Notes under the pieces: generated by a model
Told to the model about the DNA's origin: nothing
Databases searched by the model: none
The model's input: only the letters and a program-made list of their open reading frames with translations
NCBI GenBank assembly: GCA_963749155.1
Contig: CAVVLO010000003.1
Coordinates: 96,001 to 160,000 of the forward strand
Direction of reading: 5' to 3'
Source: an uncultured Armatimonadia bacterium
GTDB taxonomy: Bacteria > Armatimonadota > Zipacnadia > CAVVLO01
DNA length: 64,000 nucleotides
Part shown: positions 52,171 through 61,939 of the stretch, one piece after another
How the letters are laid out: each line of letters begins with the position of its first letter
Position numbering within the stretch: the stretch's first letter is position 1
Program-made: the position numbers and the translations under genes

Positions 52171-52257
52171 ACTGGTGGAATTAAAAATGCAGAAAAATAA
52201 TCCTTCGTCCGGCTAAAAACCACTAACAGGTACGAAGATTGCATATGTATAATAAGT

Positions 52258-52392
52258 GTGAGAGATTCAGGATTCGCGTTTAGGTGGAGTATTGCTGGGG
52301 TAGATATAAGTTAGGTCGCAACCTGCACGCTGGCTCTTGGCTTTGTCTCCACCCGAAAAGGGGCGCTGTCAACTTCGACAGCGTCCCTTTTT
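52258..52392 (+). ncRNA. Candidate small RNA
   Basis: TATAAT at 52248..52253, GGTGGAG/CTCCACC enclosing stem, terminator with U-tract; no convincing ORF. Confidence 0.3.
52356..52392. terminator. Bidirectional intrinsic terminator
   Basis: AAAAGGGGCGCTGTC-aacttc-GACAGCGTCCCTTTTT. Confidence 0.85.
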
Positions 52393-52408
52393 CTTTGAGC
52401 CAGTCGGC

Positions 52409-54718
52409 CTAGATAGCCCGCAACACCAACAGCTGACCTGGTTCGGTATCAAACTCCAGATAGCCAAGCTCGTTCTGTTCTACACGTACCGGTTCATCTG
52501 CGAGATAAGCCTCGCACGCGACATCGGGCGCCATTATCAAGCACTTCCCCCCCTTGCGAGAGAGGATACTCGCTTCGACAAATTCGTCATTGCGCCAGGT
52601 GATATCGACGACGAAGCCGCCCCGCGCGCAAAGTCCCGTCACCTTGCCTTCGGACCAGGCCTCGGGCAGTGCCGGCAGCAGATGGATAAAGCCCCGCTGG
52701 CTTTGCAGCAGCATCTCGGCCATCGCCGCTGTCGCTCCAAAGTTGCCATCTATCTGGAAGATATGCGGCGGGTGCAAATCCAGCAGGCTGGGCGTCGTGA
52801 ACTGCCGCAGCAGCTCCTGGATATGTTCGAAAGCCAGGTTCCCTTCGAGGAAACGAGCCCACAAAGCGGCAGTCCAGGCGCGACTCCAGCCCGTATGCCC
52901 CCCGCCCGCTGCAAGTCTGAGCTCCAGCGAGACGCGCGCCGCTGTAAACAACTCCGGTAGCCTCTCAGGGGTCATCAGCTCGCCGGGGAATACACCGACC
53001 AGATGGGAATAATGCCGATGACCTGGCTCTACTTCCTCGAAATCTTCCAGCCACTCCTGAAGCTGGCCCTTCCGGCCAATGTGGAAGTCAGCCAGGTGTT
53101 CGAGCGCATATAGCCAGTCCGGACGCAGTGGATCATCCAGTCCAAGCAACTGGCTTGCCGCAAGGCAGCGCTCGAAAGTCTCGCGTACAAAGACCAGGTC
53201 CATTGTCGAAGCGACACCGATACTGACAGGTTCCGCCCCCCCTCTGAACCGGTTCTCGGGCGATTGACTCGGCACGGTAACCAGTTTCCCGTCCTCGGCT
53301 TGCACCAGGTAGTCCAGGTAGAACTCTGCCACCAGTTTGTAGAAGGGATAAGCCTGCTCGCGAAGGAATTCCTCCTCTCCCGAAAACTCCCACCGCTGCC
53401 AGAAGTGCTGCGCGAGCCAGGCCGCAGCGCCTGTCCAGATGTCCCAACCAGGCGACTCAGGGGTGCACCGGGCCCAGACATCATCGGTGATTGGGAAGCA
53501 CACTCCCTTGCACCCGTAGAGCTTATTGGCGGCATCCTTGGCATAGGGCACGGCGCGCCAGACGAATTCGAACAGCGGTGCGGTGCATTCAGGCAGGTTG
53601 CAGATCTCGGCCAGCCAGTAGTTCATCTCGAGGTTTACATCCTGATGGAAGTCCGCATCCCAGGGAGGCGCAAGTTCGGCATTCCAGAGGCCCTGCAGGT
53701 TGGCGGGCTGGTCCGAGTTGCGGCTCGAGGCCATCAGCAGGTAGCGCCCGTAATTAAAGTAGAGCGCCGGTAGTGAGGGATCGTCTTCGCCAGTCCTGAC
53801 TCGCGCCAGGCGTTCCTCAAGGGGCAGAGATTCAAGTTCCTCATCGCCCGGTAAATCCAGGCTGACGCGTGTGAAAAGCGTCTTGTGCTCTCTGGTATGA
53901 GCTTCCAGCACCTCATCGAAGTCGCGCGACAGCAGGTCGAGTCTTTCGGTGCAGCATGAGACAGGATCAGGACACTCGTAGTTGGTGGCCATCGTCAGGG
54001 CAATCCAGGCGGATTTTGCCTCTCCGACAAGCACTTCCCTCTCGTGGCCCGAGGTGTAACCTCCCTCGACGAACAAACGCGCTTCCGCTGCGAAGGCGAT
54101 GCCTTCTTCGAACAAGCCCTCAAGCCCCAGGGAATGCGGGCTGGCCCAGGTGGTCAGCTTGCAGTCGGGATCCAGTGTCCGAGTAAGCTCCGCGGTAAAG
54201 GCCAGAGCGCCTTCGGTATCCGCTTCAAGCTGCACCGACTAGCACGTTGTCAACCGCCGAAGCGAAGACTCGCCTGGTGTAGCCAACTCCCCCCGCCTCA
54301 TAGCTGACCTCAACAACGCCCTTCTTCCAGATACAAGACTCGCGAATAATCACGCGGTTCAGGCTGGTCAAGCAGGTGGAGCACCAATTCACCCAGCGGG
54401 TTGATAGGGCTCTACCCTCCGGTCGTGCCCTGACAGGTGTTCAGTCGCAAGCGCCGCGCCTTCGAGCCATTCTCCAGCAAGGAGTTTCTCTCTGATTGCT
54501 GGCAGGTGGCCTCGCACCATCGGGCAGCTTCGGTCATTGGTACGCCCGCGCCAAAGATTCTCGTGGTTGAGCCAAAGTCGTTCTTCCGGCACGCCTCCTG
54601 CCACCATCGCACCTAACTGGCCATTGCCGACGGGCAAGGCTTCAAGCCACTCTTCGGCTGGCGAAGCTAGCCAAAGCTCGGTTAATATCCTCTCGGCGTC
54701 TTCCATATGCGCCGTCAC
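52409..54718 (-). CDS. GH95 alpha-L-fucosidase-like glycoside hydrolase (frameshifts around 54240-54390)
   Basis: EALPVGNGQLGAMV, FNYGRYLL, PANLQGLWN, PSQSPEN, HRHYSHL, FQIDGNFG. Confidence 0.9.
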
Positions 54719-54736
54719 CTGCCCTTCCTGCGCCTC

Positions 54737-55636
54737 TTAAGGCGTTGATACGCTCCCGACCGCAGCGCCTTTCACATAGAAAGTCACCGTATACTGCCCG
54801 CTACCGCTAGTCTGCCAGGTGTGGTTGGCCCCCCAGGAGCAGACTCCAGTTGTGCCGTTCACCACGCCCAGATAACCGATTTTCTGCTTGCCGCCCCCGG
54901 TTACGCCTTGCCCAGTGCAGGAAGCCTCTATATCCACTGTGCCGCCTGGACTGAAAAACTGCCCCTCGCCCCGGTTGTTCAGATACCAGAGGGGATAGTA
55001 GAAGACCTCGCTAGGGTTGAACTCAGTCTCGGCCAGGGTCTCCTCGCTCATCCTCAGCCAGCCGAATACCGAATTGCCCTCTTTGCTCACTGTCATCTCG
55101 GCGGTGCCCCCTGCGATAAGACAGGTACCCGCGCCGACCGCACCGCCAGTGGTCTCGGTAGTGGTTTCTGCAGGTCCTGTTGTCGTCGAATCGCTGGGAG
55201 TGTAATCTCCAGCGGGAGGAGGCGTTACCTGATGCGGCTGGAAGCCCGGATTCGCAGCCTCCTGCTTCACTTTGGCAAGTTCCGCCGCCAGGTTGCCTTC
55301 GCCTCCGAACAGGATATTGGAAAGGTCCACTGCGCCAGCGCCAATCCCAGCCCCAGGCAGCGGCGCCAGTACGGCCTTCAGTCCTGACTGGACGCCCACA
55401 GCGCCCAGTTGCTGCACCGCTTGATACTCTTCACCGCGATGCTGCTCGAAGGGATCCGCCGAGGCCGGATCATAGGCCGGATCCTGCATCGCGCGTTCGG
55501 CCTGGGTAAAAATAGCATCCAGGTGTTGTTTGTCAGTCATCGCGTTCTTGCTCAACGCATAAAGCCCGCCACCGACTGTAACTGCAAGCAGCAACCCCGT
55601 CACTACAAAGCCCGATTGCTTGCGCGAAGTCTTCAT
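54737..55636 (-). CDS. Hypothetical exported protein with a pilin-like N-terminus
   Basis: MKTSRKQSG|FVVTGLLLAVTVGG; Thr/Pro linker; Gly/Cys-containing beta-rich C-terminus. Confidence 0.65.
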   Translation of the reverse strand: MKTSRKQSGFVVTGLLLAVTVGGGLYALSKNAMTDKQHLDAIFTQAERAMQDPAYDPASADPFEQHRGEEYQAVQQLGAVGVQSGLKAVLAPLPGAGIGAGAVDLSNILFGGEGNLAAELAKVKQEAANPGFQPHQVTPPPAGDYTPSDSTTTGPAETTTETTGGAVGAGTCLIAGGTAEMTVSKEGNSVFGWLRMSEETLAETEFNPSEVFYYPLWYLNNRGEGQFFSPGGTVDIEASCTGQGVTGGGKQKIGYLGVVNGTTGVCSWGANHTWQTSGSGQYTVTFYVKGAAVGSVSTP

Positions 55637-57204
55637 CTGATTATCTCCCCCTCCGCCAGGCTCTTCTCGGCGCTCCACAGCTTGCCGTCCTTGAAGCCAA
55701 GAATCAGACAATCGTCGAAAAGCAGATACACCAGTTCTCCAAGCACTGGAGAAGAACGCGTATAAGTCACCTTGGGTGGCCCGAAGATGCGCTCCGCCAT
55801 CGTCTGAGTCCAGTTCTGACTCAGCTTCCAGGGCTCGAGCAGCAGGGGATGAGTCGCTGCATCGCCCTCAAGAGGGTCCATCTCGAGCGCCCCAGTGAAG
55901 ACCCCATTACGGAAGTAGAACTGCCTGGGCTGATACCTGCCGAACACCTTGCCCCCGGCGCCCGTGTAGTAATAGCCATAGACCTCGCACCACACCTGCT
56001 GCTCCTCGTCGAAGACGATTGTGAAAGTGTTTGGCATCCCAAGGTCGGCTACCAGCTTCGCCTGGTCGCTCGAAGGGGGCCGAAGCGTCGGCAGAAGCCG
56101 CCAGTCCACCTCGGTATATTGCATCTGGAACGACCAGTTGGTATTCCACGTGCCGGCTGAGCCTTTGCGCCAGCGCCCTTTCAGCCACTGGCCATCTGCC
56201 GAAAGACGTAGTTCGAACTGCCCGGCGTCGTTCGGCTCCTGATAGCTGGGCGCCTGACGCCAGGTGCCTGAGAGCAGATCTCCCACCAGGATGCCTTCGA
56301 GTTGCCCCTTGTTCTGAGTGTAGACCCCTGTGATACGGTCGCCATGCTGGGTCAGGGTCAGTTTGTTGGTCTCGCCCTGCCACCAGGTGCCAAGCAGGGG
56401 GCCGCCAGGTGGGATATCGTTCAGGATAAGGTCACTTGGCACATCGCTTGCGCCAGTAGTCGTGCCAGAGGTATCGGTCCAACCGCCAGTAGCGCCGCCC
56501 GGGTCGGTAACGTCGCCTCCAGTGTCAGACGTACCGCCTCCAAGCCAGGGGGGAGCAAGTGGTGTAGTGCCTTTGAAGTAGCTCTCATCCGAGAACCAGG
56601 GCTCGGTGGAAGGGATATTGAAAGATTTCGGCGGCGTTGGAGGCAGCTTGTCTACGGTCTGAGAGGTCTGCCCTGCGCCGACAGTCACTTCGCTCGCGCC
56701 GAGCATCCCGCCTAAAAGGCCACCGCCTGGCTGCCGGAACACGACCGAGCCTTCGTAGCATCGCACTGTGCCAATCTGGTCGGCGGTAATCAGCTCTGCT
56801 CGCGCCGAAACCAGCTCGGACACGCCTCGGGCTGTCTTGATGAAGAGCGCTGGCGAGCAGCCTTCCGCCTTCAAGAAAAGGACGCCGGACTTCACCTTCC
56901 AGCTTTCCTTGCCCGCATCACTTTGAGGGCCGAGGTACTGCACCTGGGTCGAAGGCCCAAGCCTCAGCCAGGCGCCTTCAATAAGGGCGATCTCGCAAGC
57001 CCCATCGAGGCCTGTAGCCAGCGTCGCGCCAGGCAGGATACCTTCCCCCGCCCCCAAATCGGCCTTGGTGCCATCGCCATAATCAACGGTGACCTGGCCG
57101 CGCGCATAGGTAACGAAGGGCCCCTGGGGCAGCGGGGTCAGGGCGACCAGTAGCAGTCCGGCAAATGCAATCCCAAGTAATACTAGAGGCTTGGTTGGTC
57201 TCAT
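55633..57204 (-). CDS. FecR-domain exported protein
   Basis: GATLATGLDGACEIAL..LRLGPSTQV, VRCYEGSV, VTVGAGQ; Gly/Thr linker; further beta domains. Confidence 0.75.
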   Translation of the reverse strand: MRPTKPLVLLGIAFAGLLLVALTPLPQGPFVTYARGQVTVDYGDGTKADLGAGEGILPGATLATGLDGACEIALIEGAWLRLGPSTQVQYLGPQSDAGKESWKVKSGVLFLKAEGCSPALFIKTARGVSELVSARAELITADQIGTVRCYEGSVVFRQPGGGLLGGMLGASEVTVGAGQTSQTVDKLPPTPPKSFNIPSTEPWFSDESYFKGTTPLAPPWLGGGTSDTGGDVTDPGGATGGWTDTSGTTTGASDVPSDLILNDIPPGGPLLGTWWQGETNKLTLTQHGDRITGVYTQNKGQLEGILVGDLLSGTWRQAPSYQEPNDAGQFELRLSADGQWLKGRWRKGSAGTWNTNWSFQMQYTEVDWRLLPTLRPPSSDQAKLVADLGMPNTFTIVFDEEQQVWCEVYGYYYTGAGGKVFGRYQPRQFYFRNGVFTGALEMDPLEGDAATHPLLLEPWKLSQNWTQTMAERIFGPPKVTYTRSSPVLGELVYLLFDDCLILGFKDGKLWSAEKSLAEGEIIR

Positions 57205-57239
57205 ATTCTCCCTCCAAGCGAGTCTTGGCCGGGCCAATA

Positions 57240-57265
57240 TTCGCCGCGAAAACCTCTCCTCCTGC
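57240..57265 (-). promoter_or_regulatory. SigH-like promoter
   Basis: GCAGGA-N17-GAAT. Confidence 0.6.
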
Positions 57266-57278
57266 CTGCCCCAGACTC

Positions 57279-57307
57279 TTGCGCGGCCCTGCGCGATGCG
57301 TTATACT
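57279..57307 (+). promoter_or_regulatory. Sigma-70 promoter of the tRNA
   Basis: TTGCGC-N17-TATACT. Confidence 0.7.
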
Positions 57308-57325
57308 CCATCCGCACTGAGGCGC

Positions 57326-57401
57326 TCCTTGGTAGCTCAATCGGCAGAGCGGATGGCTGTTAACCATTAGGTTGTAGGTTCGAGTCCTACCCAAGGAGCC
57401 A
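57326..57401 (+). tRNA. trnN: tRNA-Asn (GTT)
   Basis: Acceptor stem TCCTTGG/CCAAGGA, D-arm AGCTCAATCGGCAGAGC, anticodon loop CTGTTAA, GGTTCGAGTCC, encoded CCA; 76 nt. Confidence 0.97.
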
Positions 57402-57593
57402 ATCTTCCCCTATTTCCCTATCAACAGTTACAGTTTGTTCTAATCATGCTTCACAGACTAGGCCCTTCTTTGTCGTTCTGGGAGTGTGCGCAAGTCTATG
57501 GCAGACCGAAGTCCATACGCAGCCCTTGCCGGGTATTACTACCAGTTTGACCATACGATTCTGTTGCCCTCTGGCGGATAGCGCTCCTGGGCG

Positions 57594-59396
57594 CTAGCTG
57601 GGTTCTGGCTTTTTTGCGTGTATGCTCACCCCAGAGAGATGGGGCGCGCGGCTCTTGCCGGTAACTTCGACCTTCAGTTCTCCATCACTGACCCTAACTT
57701 CGAAAGGGCCATACTTGCGCCAGTCCCCAGTTCGTAGTGCCCCCAGATTACGCCCTGCCAGGACGTCTTCCAGCATCACGTCGAAGACACGCTCGAAAGA
57801 CCAGTAGAAATCACCCCACTCGAAAACCCACAGGTAGACGTCATAGAGCCCCTCCTCCAGCGGTTGCCGAAGGGTGAAGGCGGCCTCTGCTGTAAGGGTA
57901 CTCTGAAGCATCGCGCTTAGGTCTTGCCCTGGAAAAGGAGCCGGTGCCTCGGGTCTCGTTAGCGCAGAGGCGCCTTCGACTCGCAAGCCTTGCGCCTGGG
58001 CTCTCTCCATCCCCAGCCACGGGTTGCCTTCGATGACCGCATCTGGACCGCCCAGGTTGATGCCCAGGACGAAGGGTCGCTCCTCCCTTGCCTGCCCACT
58101 CGCTACTCTCACCATAATCTGGGCATACCTGGTCAAAGCCGGCTCTCCACTATCGGTCACCTCGCATACAAGACATATTTTATCTCCATAACAAGCCTTT
58201 TCCGGTACGATCAGCAAGGCTTCTCGCCTGGTGGCGTTTTCTAGCTGGGGCGGTTCCTCACAACTACTGGGCCCAGCATAATACCACCAGCGATAGGCCA
58301 ACTCGTCCCCATCGGCATCACTGGCGGTCACGCTCAGGTGAAGACGATCTCCTTGCCTGGCGATGAGATCAGCCTGGCCTTCCAGTTGCACAACGGGAGG
58401 GTGGTTAGCCTCTTCCGGGCCCCTTACGCACCAGTCGGCCCGGGCGGCAAGCTCTCTCTGGAAGGCTGGTGTCCAGCGCCAGACAGGCTTCGTGACGTCA
58501 AAATCGTCCAGTGTGTCCTGCCAGTGCACCTTGCTGCCAGGCTCAAGCTCGTAGCGCCCGCCCCAACTGCCGAGGTCTGGCTCGGACAAGCCGCGGAGGC
58601 CAACAGGTAGTGCATGCAGGAAGGTGACCGAGTCGCCTTCCCCGATGAACAGGCCCCCCGAGGCGCCTGGCCGGTACGAGCACAGCGCTCCGTGGCCGAC
58701 CGTAACATGCTCCATCATCCAGCTTGACGCGTAGTATTCGTTTTGCTCGGGCGGCACAAAGAGCGACGTTGCGTAGCCGATGCCCTTCCAGCCACCGTAC
58801 GCCCCGATGGTCACCAGGTCGGGCCAGTTGGGCCAGATAGAGTCCTCCAGCGAGCTGTCCTGGTTTAGGGTAAACACGAGACGCGCTTTGCGGCACACTT
58901 TTGCCATCTGCTCCGGCTGATGTTTCCGGATATGCTCCAGCGCCCGGGCAATCGTATTGTTGCCGCCCCATGACAGCAGGAGCACAGGACGCTCATCTTC
59001 ATCCAGCAGCACCTGGGCAAGGCGATCGGCGCCCGGCGTGTCAGTGCTCATATCTCCTGTGGAGGCAATGTTGCCAACAAAGACACGCTGCAGCAGTAGC
59101 TCGGGAGCTGGGTATGCGCCATCGTGTTGCGCCAGGCTGGGATAGACCTCCGCATAGCGGGTCAGGGTGGCCTGGATCCAGTCAGTGCCAGCCCAATTGC
59201 CGTTCGCCACCGAGTGGAAGACTGAGCTTGTATAGATGAGCCCTTCCAAATCGAATTCGTTGGCGCAAAGCAGCAACCGCACCAGGGAGCATTGGTCATC
59301 TACCTCCCCATCGGTGGTGACTAGCGCCCGGGGCTTTTGACACGCTGCGGGAAGAGCCAGCAATATGACTATTGCTCCCGGCCAGTACGCAAGCAA
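57594..59396 (-). CDS. DUF1593 (nucleoside-hydrolase-like, Sde182 type) protein with Ig-like and malectin-like domains
   Basis: VTTDGEVDDQCSLVRLLLCANEFDLEG, WGGNNT, EGDS, WGGRY, ARADW, ANHPP. Confidence 0.85.
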   Translation of the reverse strand: MLAYWPGAIVILLALPAACQKPRALVTTDGEVDDQCSLVRLLLCANEFDLEGLIYTSSVFHSVANGNWAGTDWIQATLTRYAEVYPSLAQHDGAYPAPELLLQRVFVGNIASTGDMSTDTPGADRLAQVLLDEDERPVLLLSWGGNNTIARALEHIRKHQPEQMAKVCRKARLVFTLNQDSSLEDSIWPNWPDLVTIGAYGGWKGIGYATSLFVPPEQNEYYASSWMMEHVTVGHGALCSYRPGASGGLFIGEGDSVTFLHALPVGLRGLSEPDLGSWGGRYELEPGSKVHWQDTLDDFDVTKPVWRWTPAFQRELAARADWCVRGPEEANHPPVVQLEGQADLIARQGDRLHLSVTASDADGDELAYRWWYYAGPSSCEEPPQLENATRREALLIVPEKACYGDKICLVCEVTDSGEPALTRYAQIMVRVASGQAREERPFVLGINLGGPDAVIEGNPWLGMERAQAQGLRVEGASALTRPEAPAPFPGQDLSAMLQSTLTAEAAFTLRQPLEEGLYDVYLWVFEWGDFYWSFERVFDVMLEDVLAGRNLGALRTGDWRKYGPFEVRVSDGELKVEVTGKSRAPHLSGVSIHAKKPEPS

Positions 59397-59436
59397 TCCT
59401 TGAGAGTCGGCCCACTCGATTCACCTCAGGTACGTC

Positions 59437-59506
59437 TTCTACACCAGCTTCCCGCTTCCTGTGCCCCGCCTTCACTTGCTGCAGGGAACCGCAATCCGGT
59501 GCCGAA
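59437..59506. promoter_or_regulatory. Back-to-back SigH-like promoters
   Basis: ACAGGA-N17-GAA at 59437..59462 (-); GCAGGG-N17-GAA at 59481..59506 (+). Confidence 0.6.
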
Positions 59507-59543
59507 AAGCTGCTACACCTGGCCTGGCGCCCTGGAGGTGTCC

Positions 59544-61848
59544 GTGAGAGGACTGCTGCTTGCCCTGGTCCTTCTGCTCTGCCTGCCCCAACTGGTGCGA
59601 GCAGAGACACCGCTTGACCGCTGGCGGACGATGAAGTATGGCTTCTTCGTCCACTACGTCTGGGATGGTGTCGGCGGGGTCACCCGCAATCCCGACGGCA
59701 GCGCCCCGGCCTCGATCGACGCCCTGTGCGACAGCTTTAACGCCCAGGCCTTCGCCGACGATCTGGCTTCTATGGGCGTCGAGTACCTGGTCTTCACCGC
59801 CTGGCACTCCAATATGTACCCACTCTACCCAAGCGCTGCCATTGACCGAGTACAGCCTGGCCGCTCCCCCAAACGTGACCTGCTGGGCGACGTCCTGGAC
59901 GCTGTAAAGGCCAAAGGGCTTCGCGTTTTCTTCTACACCCATCCCGAGCAGCCGGTCTTTGGGATGCCGAACGCCGAGTGGAATGACTTCCTCAAGGAGC
60001 TTTACGGCGAACTCGTGGACCGCTACGGAAGTCGCCTCGATGGTCTGTACCTGGATGAGAACAGCATCTGGGGAGATATGAACCTGCGCGAGGACTTCCC
60101 CAGGCTGGAGCGCACCATCCGCAGCCGCCAGCCCCACCTGCTGCTCATGCAGAACTTCTACGGCAATATGTATGTCGCCGACGTCGGCGTGGCCGAATAT
60201 AACTCCTTCCAGCCTAAGGATCCGTTGACCTGGGGCGTCGGCTCCTATCAGGGCGTCGCTCATGTGATGTCCCGCACTTGGGCCGCCCAGGTGCCCCTGG
60301 GCACGCTGGCAACTCCCTTCACGCCGGAAGGAATCTTCCGCTTCACCGTGCTGCAGGCAGCCACGAACCTTGATGGAGGGGGAGTCTTCTGGGCGGCTGG
60401 CCCCTATGCCGGTGGCGGATGGGAGAGCGGTATCCTGACCACGATGCAGCAGGTCGGAGCTTATCTTGCCCCCATATCGGCGTCCATCAAGCACACGCTG
60501 GCCAGTCTCTCCTGGCCGACTCCGACGGGCACCGCCATGAGCTCTCTGGCTTGGGGAGTGGCGACCAGGGCGCCGGATGATAACCTTGAATATGTGCACG
60601 TGCTCAAGCCTCAGTTGGGAACTGCACTTCATCTGCCGCCCCCGGCTGATGGCAAAATCTTCGACTCGGCACGCCTGCTCTCCTCGGGCAAGCCCGTCGG
60701 TTTCAACCAGGACGTGGCCGGAGTTCACCTGCTGCTTCCCCCAGGCACGGACTGGGATCCTCTGGACACGGTGATCGAGTTTGACCACCCGGTGCCAGGG
60801 CGGGCCAGGCCTTGTAAACGACACCAGCTCCGCTTTCACCTACACCGGCAACTCCTGGGTTCACCTCCCAGATCGCGGCCTGGGCGAGTTCCAGAACGAC
60901 GTTCACGAAGCCACGGCAGACGGTGATGGGTTCAGCCTCGCTTTCAACGGCACTGAAGTGGAGTTGCTCGCGAGTGGAAGCGGAATTCAGTGTCAGCTTG
61001 GTCTCTACCTCGATGGCTCGCTCTTGGAGCCTGTGGAGGTGCCAGCGGGTGCTCCTCCGCGCCAGGTCGTCTTCGGTCGCACTGGGCTGGCGAGGGGCGC
61101 GCACGAGTTGCGCGGCGTCAAGCTGGGTGGGGGCTCTCTCCTTGTGGATGCCGCCCGGGTGGTCGAGTTTGTGCCGGGAGACGACTCAAGTCTGGTCGCC
61201 TCCGGCCTGGTGGAGACGCTCAATGACACCGACCCGCGTCTTACGTACTCGGGGCCGAGTTGGGCCTACCAGCCCAATCGCGATCAGGGCGAACTCGGTG
61301 CCGACATCCACTATGCGACCCATAACGGCGACTTCTTCACACTTGCCTTCACCGGCTCCGGCGTAGAGTTCCTGTCCAACGCGGGTGAGAATCGCGCGGT
61401 CATCGACTTCTACCTGGATGGGGTCTACCGCGCTACCGTGGATATGCGCGCCGGCCAGGGCAGTCGGCAGCGGATGTTCTCGCTACTTGGCTTGCCCACT
61501 GGCCCTCATGTGCTGAAGGGGGTCAAGACCTACGGGACCTGGATGGAGATCGATATGTTCCGAGTCTATGAGCCTGCCCCGGACGCCAAGGGCCCAGGCA
61601 GTTATGTAGAGCTTTCATTCACCGGCACAGGGGTAGCGCTGATCGCCCCTCGCAGCCCTGATCAGGGCACTCTTGAGCTCTACCTCGATGGCGCGCTCGT
61701 TCGCAGAGCCAACCACTACAGCTCGGCAAGCCTGCCAGAGGCCGCCACCTTCCAGCTCGCCGGTTTGGCCTTTGGCCAGCACGTGCTGACAGTGGTAAAC
61801 AAGACCGGTGACGTGCTTGCGGTGAGTGCCTTCCGCGTCTACAAGTAG
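59544..61848 (+). CDS. Secreted GH29-like alpha-L-fucosidase with C-terminal CBM-like repeats (frameshift near 60785)
   Basis: KYGFFVHY, YLVFTAWH, RDLLGD, ELVDRYG, GLYLD; repeated ND..Y.G.SW modules. Confidence 0.75.
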
Positions 61849-61876
61849 AGACTCTGCGTCAGCCTGGGCAGCCTGC

Positions 61877-61902
61877 GCAGGGAAACCGCTCTCCAGTTCG
61901 AA
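61877..61902 (+). promoter_or_regulatory. SigH-like promoter
   Basis: GCAGGG-N17-GAA. Confidence 0.55.
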
Positions 61903-61939
61903 CCTTTCTCAAGCCTTGGCTCGAACTCGGAGGTTCCTT

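Noticed and set aside
57402..57590. AT-richer spacer after tRNA-Asn as a genomic island junction
   Set aside because: No integrase and no duplicated tRNA 3' end were seen in the window
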